Assembly: GCF_037042905.1 (NCBI RefSeq)
Contig: NC_087252.1
Span: 16,990,001-17,054,000 of the forward strand
Reading direction: 5' to 3'
DNA: 64,000 nt
DNA from: Lytechinus pictus
Lineage: Eukaryota
Made by a program: the position numbers and the translations under genes. Positions 1 to 12,861 of this stretch are shown here, piece by piece (within the stretch, counting starts at the first letter, position 1; each line of letters starts with the position of its first letter). The notes beneath the pieces are model-generated. The model was not told where the DNA came from. It did no database searches and saw only the letters and a list, made by a program, of their open reading frames with translations.

Positions 1-44
1 AATTCGATAATAAATTTTTTTCACCGAGCAAAATAGTCCATATA

Positions 45-1019
45 CAGTGCGTATCAAAAAAAGTTTACACTTAGAAAAAATCCTGTAAAATTGTATATTT
101 GTAATATCCTGAGGATTTTTCCACATTTTAAAATTGGTACAGATCCATTTTAGCAAATGATGATATAGTTGTCGAAAAATATTTCCGCTTGAGTGAGCAA
201 CACTTACTTTTGAAAAGTTAGTGAAAAATGATTTGCGCAGAACCTTGAAATATTTATGCGAATAAAAGTAGATCTTAATCATGAAGAACACGTGGAATTT
301 AGCTAGTAAAATTGATTTGAAGATATCTTTTACCTTTTTTAACTTGTTTCCTTGCCCAAAACACTTTGAAGAATGCATTGCGCCCCACCCCACTCCCCTA
401 CACACCGAGGCCATCGTGACGATATTTGCTTTACACTGAGCTGTGATTTACATGAAATGGCTTAGGCTTGATTTTTATTTTGTTAATCATTGTGAAGCTT
501 AAGAAAAGTGTGGAGAAACAAGTATTACATGAAAAATGAAATGTAAACCCACTTTAAATGATAAAAACTTAGTGAAGATGTCTGATTTAACTTTTGTTCA
601 GATTCAGTTATGTTCTCAGATCCAGCTGGCACAAAAAGGGTAAAGGTTGTGCTGACTAAGTGCTGACATTTCAATTTGGGTGGCAAAATTGTTACAAAAT
701 GCTTGAATGTATCCGTTTATTTCAATTGACTCAAAGTGCAAGGGAAATGTATGAGAAAGGTATCGCAGGGTAAGTTTCATTTCGCCCTTTCCCCTTGACA
801 CAGCGTGAAAACGAGCATTTCTGCGCGAACAGATTTCTGCGAGCTTTACAAAAATGGACAGTGCTCACTCAAGTGTAACATTCTGTCATAACTTTTACTT
901 TCATTGGATAGATGAGACCCAAACCCAAGAATATATGTGACAAAAATTACCCACATGTTGTATACATTTTTTAATTCCCAGGGCTTTTTCAAAGTGTAAA
1001 CTTTTTTTGATACGCACTG
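45..1019. mobile_element. Non-autonomous Tc1/mariner-type DNA transposon (MITE-like)
   Basis: TIR CAGTGCGTATCAAAAAAAGTTTACACTT at both ends, flanked by TA (43-44, 1020-1021); no transposase ORF. Confidence 0.85.
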
Positions 1020-1860
1020 TATAAGATATTGTGGGTGGGTGGGTGGAGGGGGGGGGGTAAGTTGTACCATCTCATTGCAAGGCCCCTGGACTCCATGCCG
1101 TGAGGGTTTTTTCGCTTTGCTCGCTATATGTTATATTACTTTCTCAAGCTATTGTATGTGATTTCTTCGTCGACTAGTCTGGTTACAAGGTTATAGACCC
1201 AGTGCAATGTATTAGGATTAAGATAGACCTACTTTATAAACAGTCACAATCTCTCATTTTCGGTATCCTCTATCTATCCCATCTCCACCCCCTCCCTCTG
1301 TTAAGCCATTATTTAACAGGATATTGGTTGGCCTATTTACACAACAATAAACCTATTAATCACGCATTCCTGTACAGTGTCAAGTAAACAAAATCAAGTT
1401 CATAGGAAAGGGAAAATGAAACTAATATTTTTTTTTTTTTTCACCATGATAACATGTATAAGGCGCCATCTACTGTGCACCGACGCGATGTATAAGGCGC
1501 CATCTACTGTGCTCCGACGCGAGGCGTCGACGAAAGAATTGGCACGTCATGCACGTAGGCCTATTGTAACCAGCAAGTTGGCTGAGACACATCGCAATTA
1601 TATTAATATCATCTGCCATTTCTCAGATCAAATTCACCAACCATGCCAACAAAAGGCTGATTTGAATGAATGTAGAAAGGCCAGTAGCTGAAAATGTCAT
1701 CAACATTGGATGCAAATTGAGATCCTAATGTCGATTCCAATTTTCACTTATTCCCATGTACTAAATGGGCGACGTGTGAAACAAATCACACCACACTCTC
1801 ACTATTACGTTCATTAAGCCATTTCATCCAATTCTCAAACAATAAAATCTTGGTTTTATT

Positions 1861-2163
1861 CACTGGCGTACCTAGGATTTTCCAGAAGGGGGGCAATTTT
1901 TTGGGAGGATATTTCGTCCGTCTTCAACAAAAAAAAAAAGGATTCCTTACCAGAAAAAAATTTGACAAGCAAAAAAAAAAAAAAAGTCCTCAGGTTCAAA
2001 AGAAGGGGTACACATCTGATTTTAATTATTATTTTGGCTTCTCAAAAGGGGGGGGGCACGTCCCCTGTATGAGTTGTGACTCGTCAGGGGGGGCAGGGAT
2101 ACGTCCCCTGCATGAGTTGTGACTCGTCAGGGGGGTAGTCTGCCCCCCTTAGGTACGCTAGTG
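1861..2163. mobile_element. hAT-like non-autonomous element
   Basis: TIR CACTGGCGTACCTAGG / CTTAGGTACGCTAGTG; 8-bp flanks GTTTTATT / GTTTGATT (TSD with one mismatch). Confidence 0.65.
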
Positions 2164-3744
2164 GTTTGATTACATTGAGGGCACAGTTATCATCCGATGA
2201 TCATGATTTATGATGGAAATCCTCTTCGTCATCAAAATCTATACATATTATTATTTAGAGAGAGAGAGAAACAAAATAATATAGTGATTCTCCAAGAAAA
2301 ATAACTAAATCGCTTGACAGGTCCTTACTACGAGGTTCATATTTGTGTGCACTTTAGTGTCTCGTTGAAATGCAATTTATTACTACTAGTTTTATTATTA
2401 CTTTCTCTTTATTTTCTCTTATTTTCTCATCCTCTTTCATTGATATACACTGAACTGGTTTATGTTCTAGTTGTCATATTGTTGTATTTGTTTTTTGGCC
2501 GATATATAACTATGTATAAAGAATATTTTTAATAGGATTCTGCATCTTACAACCTCCGCTTTTTTAGCAGCCTCCTCCATTCTCAGCCTGGTTGTATGAT
2601 AATCCTGATTATATAGTTTTTGTGCAAAAAATGCTATTATGTTTCATTGCTTATATCAGGATGTGCAAGACCAACCATTGTATTTAGACGTTGGAATGGA
2701 AATAAACGAAAATTAATTAAAATAAAAACAGTCAAGCCTGAACAAACAGGTATTTTCCGTCATAGATGACGATGGACTATACACACACGTCTGAATTTGA
2801 CCGCTTTCATGCTATTTATTGTTAAGATTTCATACAGAATACAACGTTTGCTATGCAGTAATGCACTTTAACAATTCCACAAATATTGATGATTGATAGC
2901 GTGCCAAGCAAGCGAAATCAAAGTATGCCTAATAAATACACACAAATGAATAGCTAAACCGAACCCACCATTACTGTGTAGCAAAATCTATATAGTATAA
3001 AATACTTTCATGTGGAACACTGGCATGAAGATGGTTAAGGGGCTTGGGGACCGTGTCCCCTAAACAAAAATCACGACCAAGAAAAACGAATAAAAACAGA
3101 GATAAGTACAGAAACATAGCTGAAATATCCTTTTTCTGTATATAATGTTAAATCTATCACAAAATTCAATTTTTGGAATAGAAAAGTTAAAAAAAATCCT
3201 CGTTTCCTTCACTCGCTCGCATCTTTTCAGAAATTTTGTTCCACCGGCCATATCTGGTCCTTTGGAAGTTTTGGCTCATTACTCCACTAAGCACTGTAGA
3301 ATGTCCTCTTTCTCCCGTATGGCCTTATTACTGAGCTTTTCTCCCTCCCCCGCTGGAAACAACACAGTGTCAGAAAGTGTGATCACAGTGTGTTCACATA
3401 GTGAACTATGTGGAAATATCACTCATACTCAAAATGCCCAAATTCAACAGCGTGAAGATATTTTCACACTGTGGACACCTCAACAGTGTGACTGTTCACC
3501 GCGTGCTCACATGGTCGACTATGCAATTATGTGATTCAAACTGTTGAAATGCTCAAATTTTACAGTGTGAAGGTGATTTCACATTGTGTTCCACACTTTG
3601 CACACACTGTGGCATAAACTGTGGGACACTGTGTTTTTTCAGTTGGGTCGGCATGCTTGGGTCAGGGGTGGTGGTGTCACTCGACCGTCATGCCGGGTTT
3701 GATGAGCAGAGGAGGATATGAAAGGTCCCGTCAAAGGCGGAACA

Positions 3745-3970
3745 GCTTTCTCCCCCTTCCCTTCTCTCCTCTTTCTTTATCCCCCTCCACCTCTCCTTTT
3801 TGTTTCTCCCCTTCTCTCTCCTCCCTCTCCATCTCTCTCAAGTTCCCTCTCTCCTTTTCACTATCTCTCTGTCTCCCTATCTCTCCCTCGTCTATGTATC
3901 CCTCTCTTATTTCCTCTATCCCCCTCTCTATCCCTCTCTCAATCCCCATCCATCCACCTCTCTCTCTCTG
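3745..3970. repeat. CT-rich low-complexity tract
   Basis: Polypyrimidine (CT)n-like sequence. Confidence 0.85.
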
Positions 3971-4150
3971 TTAAGCCAATATTTGACAAGTTTTGGTTGA
4001 CCTATTTACACAACAAAAAAAGTATTAATTACGCATAAATCAAAACAAGTTCAAAGAATAAGGAGGAAAATGAAACTGCAATAACACGTATAAGGCGCCA
4101 CTGTGAAGGAAACATCGAAGCGAGACATCGACGACATAACTCGCACGTAT

Positions 4151-4502
4151 ACAGAGTACCGAAGTGTGACATCACAATTTTTTTTGTATTCCATCCTTTT
4201 TAATACCAGATTTTGGTAGAGCATGATTACCCCCCCCCCCTGCCAAACTTTGGTGAGAATCGGTCCATTGGGGTGTTACATATGACCTTATGAATACATA
4301 ATTAGCCCCATTGAAGTCAAGCAAAAATTACACTGACTTCAATGGGGCTTACTGTGTATTTTTGAGGTCATATCTCAGGCCCCCATGGACCGATTCTCAT
4401 CAAATTTTGGTAGTTGGGGTTTTTCATCAGGCTCAACCAAATTCCGGTATAAAAACGATGGAATACAAAAAAAAATGTGACGTCATCACTTTGGTACTCT
4501 AT
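4151..4502. mobile_element. Palindromic MITE
   Basis: Long inverted arms AGAGTACCGAAGTG...CACTTTGGTACTCT; absent from the paralogous duplicate copy. Confidence 0.7.
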
Positions 4503-6737
4503 TGTAACAAATAGTCAGTTAGACACATCGCAATCTGTACATTTCCAAGGTCAAATTCATCAACAAAAGCCTGATTTGAATGAATGTAGAGAGGCCAGTA
4601 GCTGAAAATGTCGTCAAAATTGGATGTAAAATGGGAGCGTAATGACATTTCCAAATTTGAATTATTCGCATGTAAAAGTGAAACGGTGATATATGTATCA
4701 TTAGCGATATGCAAATGAGAGAACCAAAATCAGTACTTTAATCTATTTCTCAACTTATGTAAATCTTGTATTGTTTACAGTGAGGGCATGGCCATTAAAC
4801 AAATTGAGCGAGCCAGAAATAATAGTGATTCTCTGTACAAATTATCCGAAAGACCTTGCCAGGTCCTAATACGAGATTCATATTTGTGTGCAATTCATTG
4901 TCTCGTTGAACAAGTCTAATTGTTTCTTAAAATGCGTACTGTTATTATTAGTATTATAATTATTATCATTATTATTCTCTCCCTCTCTCTTTCCATTTTC
5001 TTTTTCAATTTTTATCCTTGGTATACATTTAACTGGTTAATGCTAAAGTTGTCATTTTTTTTTTTTGGGGGGGGGGTTGCTCCATTGGAGGCTGCATCCT
5101 ACAGCCTCCACTATTTTAGCAGCCTCCTCCATTCTCAACCTGGTTGTGTGATAATCTTGACTACATAATTTTCGTGCGAAGAAATTTGCAATATGTTTCA
5201 TTGCTTATATCAATATGTACAATAAACGTTGGAAATGAAAAAAAAAGAAACAAAATGAGATGAAGAGCAAAATCTTCTGAAGTCAAGCCCGAAAGAACAT
5301 GTATTTTTCCGGCATTGATGGCGATGAGCTATAGGCCCTCATTCACCGAATGTGTGAATTTGACCCCTTATTTATTGTTCAGACTTTCATAAAGAATAGA
5401 ACGTTAGCTGTACGATTCAGCAACGCACGTGCCAGCCAAGCGAAATTATTTTAATACACACAAGCCAATAACAAAAACTAAAACTACTCATCCCTGAGTA
5501 GCAAAATTTAAATATTTAGAGTATGAAATACTCTCATGAGTAACACTGGCATATATACAGACATGGAGGGGCTTGGATGCCAAGACCCCTAAAAAATTTA
5601 CGACGACGACATATAAACGGAGAAACATAGAGATAAGGAAAAAAGGGTAAAATAAGATTTCCGATTTTTTAACATAAAAAAGTTGTTCGATCGCTACACT
5701 CGTTCGCAGCTTTGTGGAAATTATGCCCCATACCCGGAGTCTGGCTCGATCAAATGCTTTGACTCATTACGCTACTGAATGATGAACCTAGAAAATGTTA
5801 TTGCTCGGTCGCTCCGCTGCCTCGGACACGAACACTCATTAATTGTGATAGTATTGTAGGATTGAAATATTACTTTATACTGGTAAGAATATACAAATGT
5901 TACATGGCTATGACAAAAGTTATTGAGTACTCTATCATGCCAATTGCACTCTGTACCCCTATCTTTTAATCCCCTTGTATACGATAATATCATAATAATT
6001 ATAGTTTTAATACAGCCCGGGAAGTTAATACTTTACCTTTTCTAAGTTTTTCCAGAAACAATTATCCTTCTTTCTTGCAGGTTTTCCGGCGATCAAAAAT
6101 GGATGTACACAATTATTTTAAGCAGGCAGCAAAATAATAATGGATTCGAATAATAAGCTCGAGTTGTACGTGCATTAGAGTTTATATGGAAACGAAACGA
6201 AAGCAATTTTTTGTTTGTTAGTCTCCAATGAATAAAATCACCAAAGGACAATTTGTGTGTTGTTTCGTTTGGATGTCAAAATTCAAGGGAGTGGAACGAC
6301 ATGTTAGGTCCTTGGTGGCCAAATTCCACGTATGCCACAATTTGGTACTTTGAAAGCGTTTCTGCACTGGTTTAAATCTGTTGACTCGCTACCACTACAA
6401 AATTAACCTTTTCTTTGGTACTTGATTTTGTGGTATTAAGTGGCATTGAGTTTGTGATATGCAAAGAAATTGATTTCCCACATGATTATTGATTCATAAT
6501 AGCCGTGAAATTATTATTGTTGCCTTTTTTCATCAAATATGTTTATTATTTATGTCGTGGGGTGTGAGGCAAACACGTGTGGCAAACAGTCCAGTACGCT
6601 CGTGAGATCTTGCTTCTGTACGAACATCATAGTCTTTTTTTAAAGGTAGATTGTCTTACATAGAAACATCTCGTGTGAGATTTCGTTTCTTTCGTGCTCA
6701 TGATGATGATCGGCCCATTGCCCTCAGCTTGATACCA

Positions 6738-6909
6738 GGTGGGTGTTTCATAAATCAGTTCGTAAGTTAAGAGCGACTTAAGAACGACTGGTGAACCTTT
6801 CTTTCACGCTTAACCATCGCCAATGAATATACCATTTACCACAATAAAGGATCACCAGTCGTTCCTAAAGTCACTCTTAACTTACGAACAGCTTTATGAA
6901 ACGGCCCCC
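6738..6909. mobile_element. Palindromic MITE
   Basis: Inverted arms GTTTCATAAA..GTTCGTAAGTTAAGAG / CTCTTAACTTACGAAC..TTTATGAAAC. Confidence 0.7.
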
Positions 6910-7440
6910 TGAATCCACAATAATAATACCCAATTAGACGCAATATTTATATAAGCGTTTTTCCCAAATGACACATAGCACTGACAATTTCAACTTCCCT
7001 AATACAAAATACAAATGGCAAACATAATATAAATGAAGGCAGCTGCTTAAAGAAGCGTTATTACCTGACAACCATTGAAATATGAACGATTCAGACCTTC
7101 ATTAATCACCTTTTGGTGATTATTAGTATTATCATTATTATTTATTCGGCATTTCAAACAACAAACAAAAACCATCGAATGATGACATTACAAAGTATGA
7201 CAGAATTTAAAAAAGGACTCCCCGCTGCAGTCCTGGAGTTGCATGGAAGAAAAAAAGAAATATAAAATTCCTGTAACCCGCAAGTCATTCCTTCCAACTC
7301 CAGGTAAGGCAGCGAGGGATGTCTCTTACAAACATATACATATCATTATGATTAAATCAGGAGAGATGTCGAATTAGAATTGAAACAATGTAACCACGAA
7401 CTTCTGTTCTCAGGGGAACCCGTAAAAAGGCTAGTTCTAA

Positions 7441-7871
7441 AGCCCCCATCACACTTATTCCGAATCAAGCAGAATTGGCCTGAATGAAAGGACTATTGTT
7501 TGACCACCAGTTGGTCATTTAAATCTACTTCGAACACCGTTCTAAAATATCCCTCGAATGTTTTGAACATGACCAAAACCTTCGGGACGGCCAAAAGAAA
7601 TGACACAAATATTTCGAATGCACTCAGAATGCAGTCAGGATATTTAGAATGCCCCTAGAATGTCCAAGAACGTAGCACAAATTATCAATCTGACTCCATT
7701 GCGGTTCATTTTGACTAGTGTATGATGATACAACTGGTCAATTTACTGAATTTCAACTCCAGTTTAGTGAATTTATAAGTTCCTCCCAAAAATTTCTCGA
7801 TTTTCTGAATATTTTTTTCTTTCCAGCTTCTGCTTAATTCCTGCTGATTCCGAATAAGTGTGATGGGGGCT
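7441..7871. mobile_element. PIF/Harbinger-like MITE
   Basis: TIR AGCCCCCATCACACTTATTC at both ends; TAA flanks (7438-7440, 7872-7874). Confidence 0.75.
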
Positions 7872-8329
7872 TAAATTACGGCAATTCTAACCGCCCTTTC
7901 ACACGATAAAACAAATCGCAATTTGAGTGATGATTCCAGTGAAGAATTTTTAGCACTTGTGAAACCAAACTAGAACATGATTAGAATTACGAACGCCTGC
8001 AATCATCATTACAATGATGATTGAAGATTCACGCGTGAAAAGGCCCTTTGTATATTTCACTTTCGATTGCTATCTTTTTTTGGTGCGATTGCCCTTCCCT
8101 TTTGTATAAAGTGCGAGTAACAGAGTATTAATGGAACAACATGAAATAACAAGGAATGCGTAAATTATCCTCGAAACTAATAAATGGGCGATTCCATGCC
8201 TACCAAAATCAGCCATTTTCACAACACTTTTTAACCTGCTGTCCAAACAAACAAGGAACTTTAAACTGTTTTGTGGTAATAATAAAAGTACTACGGGGTA
8301 GTCGTGTAAACAAATGACATAAAATGACA

Positions 8330-8569
8330 CCGGGCATGGTGGCTCAGTGGTAGAGCGTCCGCCTCATGAACGGGAGGTCGATCCCCGGCCGAGTCATACC
8401 AAAGACTTATAAAAATGGGACCTTCTGCCTTCTTGCTTGGCGTTCAGCATTTAGACTGGAGAAGGGTAATAATAACATATTATGTTATGCAGGGCCCGCT
8501 GGAAGAGCAGTCTTATGATTGAAGTGGCTACCCTGGGTAAATAAAACGTTAATATTATTATTATTATTA
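8330..8569 (+). mobile_element. tRNA-derived SINE (Meta-domain-like body, LINE-like 3' tail)
   Basis: A box TGGCTCAGTGG, truncated B box, body CCAAAGACTTATAAAAATGGGACC..TGCTTGGCGTTCAGCATT, AATAAA and (ATT)n tail. Confidence 0.75.
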
Positions 8570-8828
8570 TGTCCATGGGTGAATTGGAGGTGAAAATGTT
8601 GCGTGTCATACGGGACATTTCCGAATCCCTTACGACACACATTATTTTCACCTTTAATTCACCCATAATCAAACATAATTTGTTGGTTACCGTTTTTTTT
8701 ACACATGACTACCTCTACAACTTTATCATTGGCAAAAAAGAAAATTTTATTGCTCAAACAATCAGCTAAGAGACTAGAATTGGTTATCAAAATATCCTGA
8801 ACAACACGTATCGCCCAAATCTAAAACT

Positions 8829-9002
8829 GTGTGTGTGTGTATTTGAGTTTTGTCAGACGTGTATCAATCAGATGTGATTATTTACGTCTGGGACCGACCT
8901 TTAACGTCACCATCCGAAAGACGTGATCAGGGCTCGAACCTCTGCATCTATTTGTAACTTCCCCACAGCTTGGATTACAGGCGCACGCCACAACGCCCAG
9001 TT
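8829..9002 (-). mobile_element. Candidate 7SL-RNA-derived SINE (Alu-domain head, B box, Deu/Nin-like motif, (CA)n tail)
   Basis: Minus strand: CTGGGCGTTGTGGCGTGCGCCTGTAATCCAAGCT (7SL 5'-like), GGTTCGAGCCC, TCTTTCGGATGGTGACGTTAAAGGTCGGTCCC, then (CA)n. Confidence 0.6.
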
Positions 9003-10178
9003 TACAGTAGGAGTTGAATATTAACAGTCATGACAGTAGTAGTTGCATGTTATGATCAGATGATGGCGCTCTTCAATCTCTCCAGATAATAACAACGATA
9101 GTTTACGAAAAGAATGGATAGAGTAAAAACGCGCGCATTTGGGGCCACTGGGAAATACTTTTAAAAAGTACTTCCAAATGTCAAGCACGCCCAAAGTAAG
9201 TTCCACATATTTTTCCATAGACTTTGTTTTCTCTTTCATGTGCGTGTGTGTGTGTATGGTGTTTCCTAGTGTTTGCATGTCCCCATATATACTGTTGCGT
9301 CATGGAGTAATTAGCCTGGCGCTTCAAGGCCGTGGGTGTAGCAGCATATACAACAGGCTCTATCCATCTTTTATATCCATCTTTTATATCGATGTTTTAT
9401 ACGTGACAGTCACTTTTGTCAGTATGAAGGACTTCGGCTAAAGAAAGGCCAGGTAATGAAGAACCATTTGGCGATTGAGTTGGTTTCATTATATTGATAG
9501 GTCACCCATCAACCCATTAGTAGTCCAACCGCTTTTTATAATTAACGTATGCCTGGTGTATTATATCTGATTTATTTACAGCCTCTCCAATCTACTAATC
9601 AATTCTTATGATTTTTCAAAATGAGTGGGAGATTCTTTATCAATAAGTTTAATGGAAATAACAAATGAATTGATATGTACAAATGTATTGATCTTAATTC
9701 CTACATCATTATTACAAGAAAAATGCCATCTATCATAAAAAAGTTACACGAGGATAAATCAATATTCATTAAAAGCTCCAAGTGATACAATTTTCATTAG
9801 AAGCTTCACACACATGGATACAGTAAATTCATACTCGTTTTGAAAGCTACACGAGGATAAATTTATATTCGTTTGAAAGCTCCACTAGTTTATGCTCAAT
9901 ATTATACTGTTTTTTGTTTTACGAAGTAAGAATGCTCGTTTGTAAAATTGTACTTGATTTGTATTACTTTATATTGCTTTGTATTATGTTTTGAATGGAA
10001 ATGGAATAAAGAATTGTATTGAATTGAGTTAACTTTAAAAGAAAGTGTTATTGTGTTCCCGGTAATGCCCACAATTATTGAGCTTGAAGATTGACTTGAC
10101 CTGATGACGTCATTAGACAAGAGCGGGACTCAAATCCATCACGTTGGGATTACAATGATCTTTACGGAAACAGACTAA

Positions 10179-11376
10179 CCGCCCTTTCACACGGTAACAA
10201 AAAATCGTAATTTTAATGGTGATTCCAGTGAAAAATAAGGCTAATGACGAATATTTAGCACGTGTGAAACCAAACTAGAACATGATTAGAATTACGAACG
10301 CTAATCATAGTCACGATTACAATAGCAATCATCATTACAATGGGCTTAATCACACAAGAATCATGAATCATCATTGTAATGGTTATTGTAATTCATCTTT
10401 AGAATCATTGTACCATTCACACGTTCATTCGAGAACTGTGATTTGAATTCGAATTCCTGAGTGAAGGCAGTATTGTGTCCTTGGTGACTTGTCAATCAAA
10501 TCCAATCAAAGCACTGCATCACAAAATAGGAAACTATTACCCTTTTTACACACGCTAAAATTTCCTTAACCCCGTACTATAGGTGGGGCTAAATTGCCAT
10601 TTAGCCCCACCTATAGTACGGGGTTAAGCTTAGCCCACTTTCTTTTTACACAGCATTTTTGCAAAGTGGGCTAACCCCACCTATAGTACGGGATTATTTG
10701 GCCCTGCAAAAAAGCAGGGTTATCCCAGCAATTGCGGTGCTAAGAGCGATAGTACGGGGTTAAGATCGCTAGTGTAAAACGAAAGTGGGCTAAGCTTAAC
10801 CCCGTACTATAGGTGGGGCTAAATGGGGCTAAATGGCAATTTAGCCCCACCTATAGTACGGGGTTAATGAAATTTTAGTGTGTGTAAAAAGGAATGAACC
10901 CTCAGTGCGCTCGTGAATATTCGTGAGCTACCACTAGTCCGGGGTTAGCGAGTTTCGTGTGTGAAAAGCAAGCATTCCTTATCCGGGGATAGCAATAACG
11001 ATTTGGCATGTGTGAAAAGGAAAAAAAGATAGTACGGGGTTAAGGATAGTACGGGGTAAGCGATAGTCCGGGGTTAAGAAAATCCTGTGTAAAAAGGGTA
11101 TACGGTGAGTGCGTGACAATTGTATTATCTACGGATGTGTTTGAAAGGTCACGTAAGCTCCGCCCTGGAGGTCAACCGTTTCAGACGTAAAATTCGTACC
11201 GTAATTTGAGTGAAACTTAACTAGAATTCGCCTCCGGAGTAGAATTTGAATTCGTGATTGTGATTAGAGTTGGTGATTCTAGTTTGGTTCCACATGTGCT
11301 AAAAATTCGTCATTAGAATTATTTTTCACTGATATCATTATTCATATTACGATTTTGAAACCGTGTGAAAGGGCGG
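10179..11376. mobile_element. MITE with a nested second MITE (10539-11099)
   Basis: Outer TIR CCGCCCTTTCACACGG / CCGTGTGAAAGGGCGG (related short copy ~7889-8047). Inner TIR ACCCTTTTTACACA / TGTGTAAAAAGGGT with internal repeats of CCCCGTACTATAGGTGGGGCTAA in both orientations. Confidence 0.75.
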
Positions 11377-12283
11377 AATGATGATTCAAGATTCACGTGT
11401 GAAAATAAGGCCCTAACCGACTGAGCTACGTCGCCTCTCATCGTTTGTAATCAACTCATTTACCATGTCTATTATATATATATTGGTCTATCTATTTCTC
11501 TAATCTTACATGCAATTAATCCAATCAAGACTCTGTCATGTTTATAGTCATGCGAAGCTAATTTTTCGGCCAGCATTTACAATCTAATTAATTAAAAATT
11601 ACTTTAAAAAACGCGCCGCTGGTGATGTGAGCTGATGATTTCAGTTAACATATTGAAAAGAAATTGTTATGATAATTATTAATTGACACCATTTTGCAAG
11701 TGGCGTGATAAGGAAAACCTATTGAGGGGGCGAGTAAAAAGAGCGTGCAAAAGTTTTGACCGTTTTATTACAAAACTAAAATTTGGTGATAGACTGTGAC
11801 ATTATATTCAGAATGTAATACATTTTTTTTTCTTTCTTTTTCCTTCTTTTTTCCCCCTTGGTCATGTTGGTCGTGATTTTTTTTTTATCTCACTGAGCGG
11901 CGAATGCTTACGTACCAGGGGCGGACCTAGGTTTTTTTTATTTCAAGGAGGGGGTTGACCGAGAAATTTGGCACGAAAAAAAATGGGAAAAAGGGTTCAC
12001 TACAAAATGAAGGTTATTTCGCCACTGCATACGTTGCGGAGCTTGGATTTGACATCTTTCACGAATGTTTATCTGCGACATCGAAATTCATTTGCAAACT
12101 GCTTTATACCACGTTCCCACTGTTTTGCGATCCTTAACGAAATCCACGAATGGCCTTTCGTAACTGATCGCGAAAATTTTTGAACCATTCAAAATTTGTT
12201 TTTACGATCTATACGATTGTCACAATCTGATCTTATGCGATCTGATGTGATCTGACAGGACCCTGCGATTACTCCATGATTAA

Positions 12284-12861
12284 AGGACAAGTCCACCCCA
12301 ACAAAAAATAGATTTGAATAAAAAGAGGATAATCCAGCAAGCATAACACTGAAAACTTCATCAAAATCGGGTATAAAATATGATTATACAAAATAGTTAT
12401 ATGCACATCCCGGCCGGTATGCAAATGAGGGAACTGATGACATCAGTCATTCACTATTTCTTTTGTATTTTATTATATGAAACATGAAATATTATTATTT
12501 TCTCCTCATCATTGTCCTGTGAAACAAAGTTTTATTTCTCCCTGAACATGTGGAATTACCATTTTTTAACAATTTATGGTTCAGTCAAGTTGATCCTTAC
12601 TGTCAAATCTGTAAGAATTGAAATATTGTATAATTCAAACAATAAAAGACAAAAAAATAATGAGTGAGGGACATCATCGATTCTCTCATTTGCACGTGAC
12701 TAAATATTGTGCATATAACTATTTTGTGAAAAATAAGCGAAATTTTAAAATGTCATAACTTCCTTATTTTACATCCGATTTTGATGAAATTTTCAGCATT
12801 ATGCTTGTATGATTTTTCTCTATTGATTTAAATCAACATTGTCCTGAGGTTGACTTGACCT
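12284..12861. mobile_element. TTAA-flanked non-autonomous DNA transposon (Kolobok/piggyBac-type)
   Basis: AGG...CCT termini, TTAA on both sides, long imperfect inverted arms; same family as 47846-48445, with fragments at ~18580, ~45250 and ~47260. Confidence 0.75.

Larger units (their letters stand above)
1291..5780 (+). repeat. Old diverged tandem duplication (copy 1 ~1291-3290, copy 2 ~3961-5780)
   Basis: Collinear shared blocks, e.g. CTCTGTTAAGCCA (~1296/3966), GGCCAGTAGCTGAAAATGTC (~1679/4593), TTTTAGCAGCCTCCTCCATTCTCA (~2561/5114), AACACTGGCAT (~3016/5542). Confidence 0.8.

Noticed and set aside
10539..11099. Repeated CCCCGTACTATAGGTGGGG motifs resembling an iteron or CRISPR array
   Set aside because: The motifs occur in both orientations inside TIRs; they are internal repeats of a MITE.
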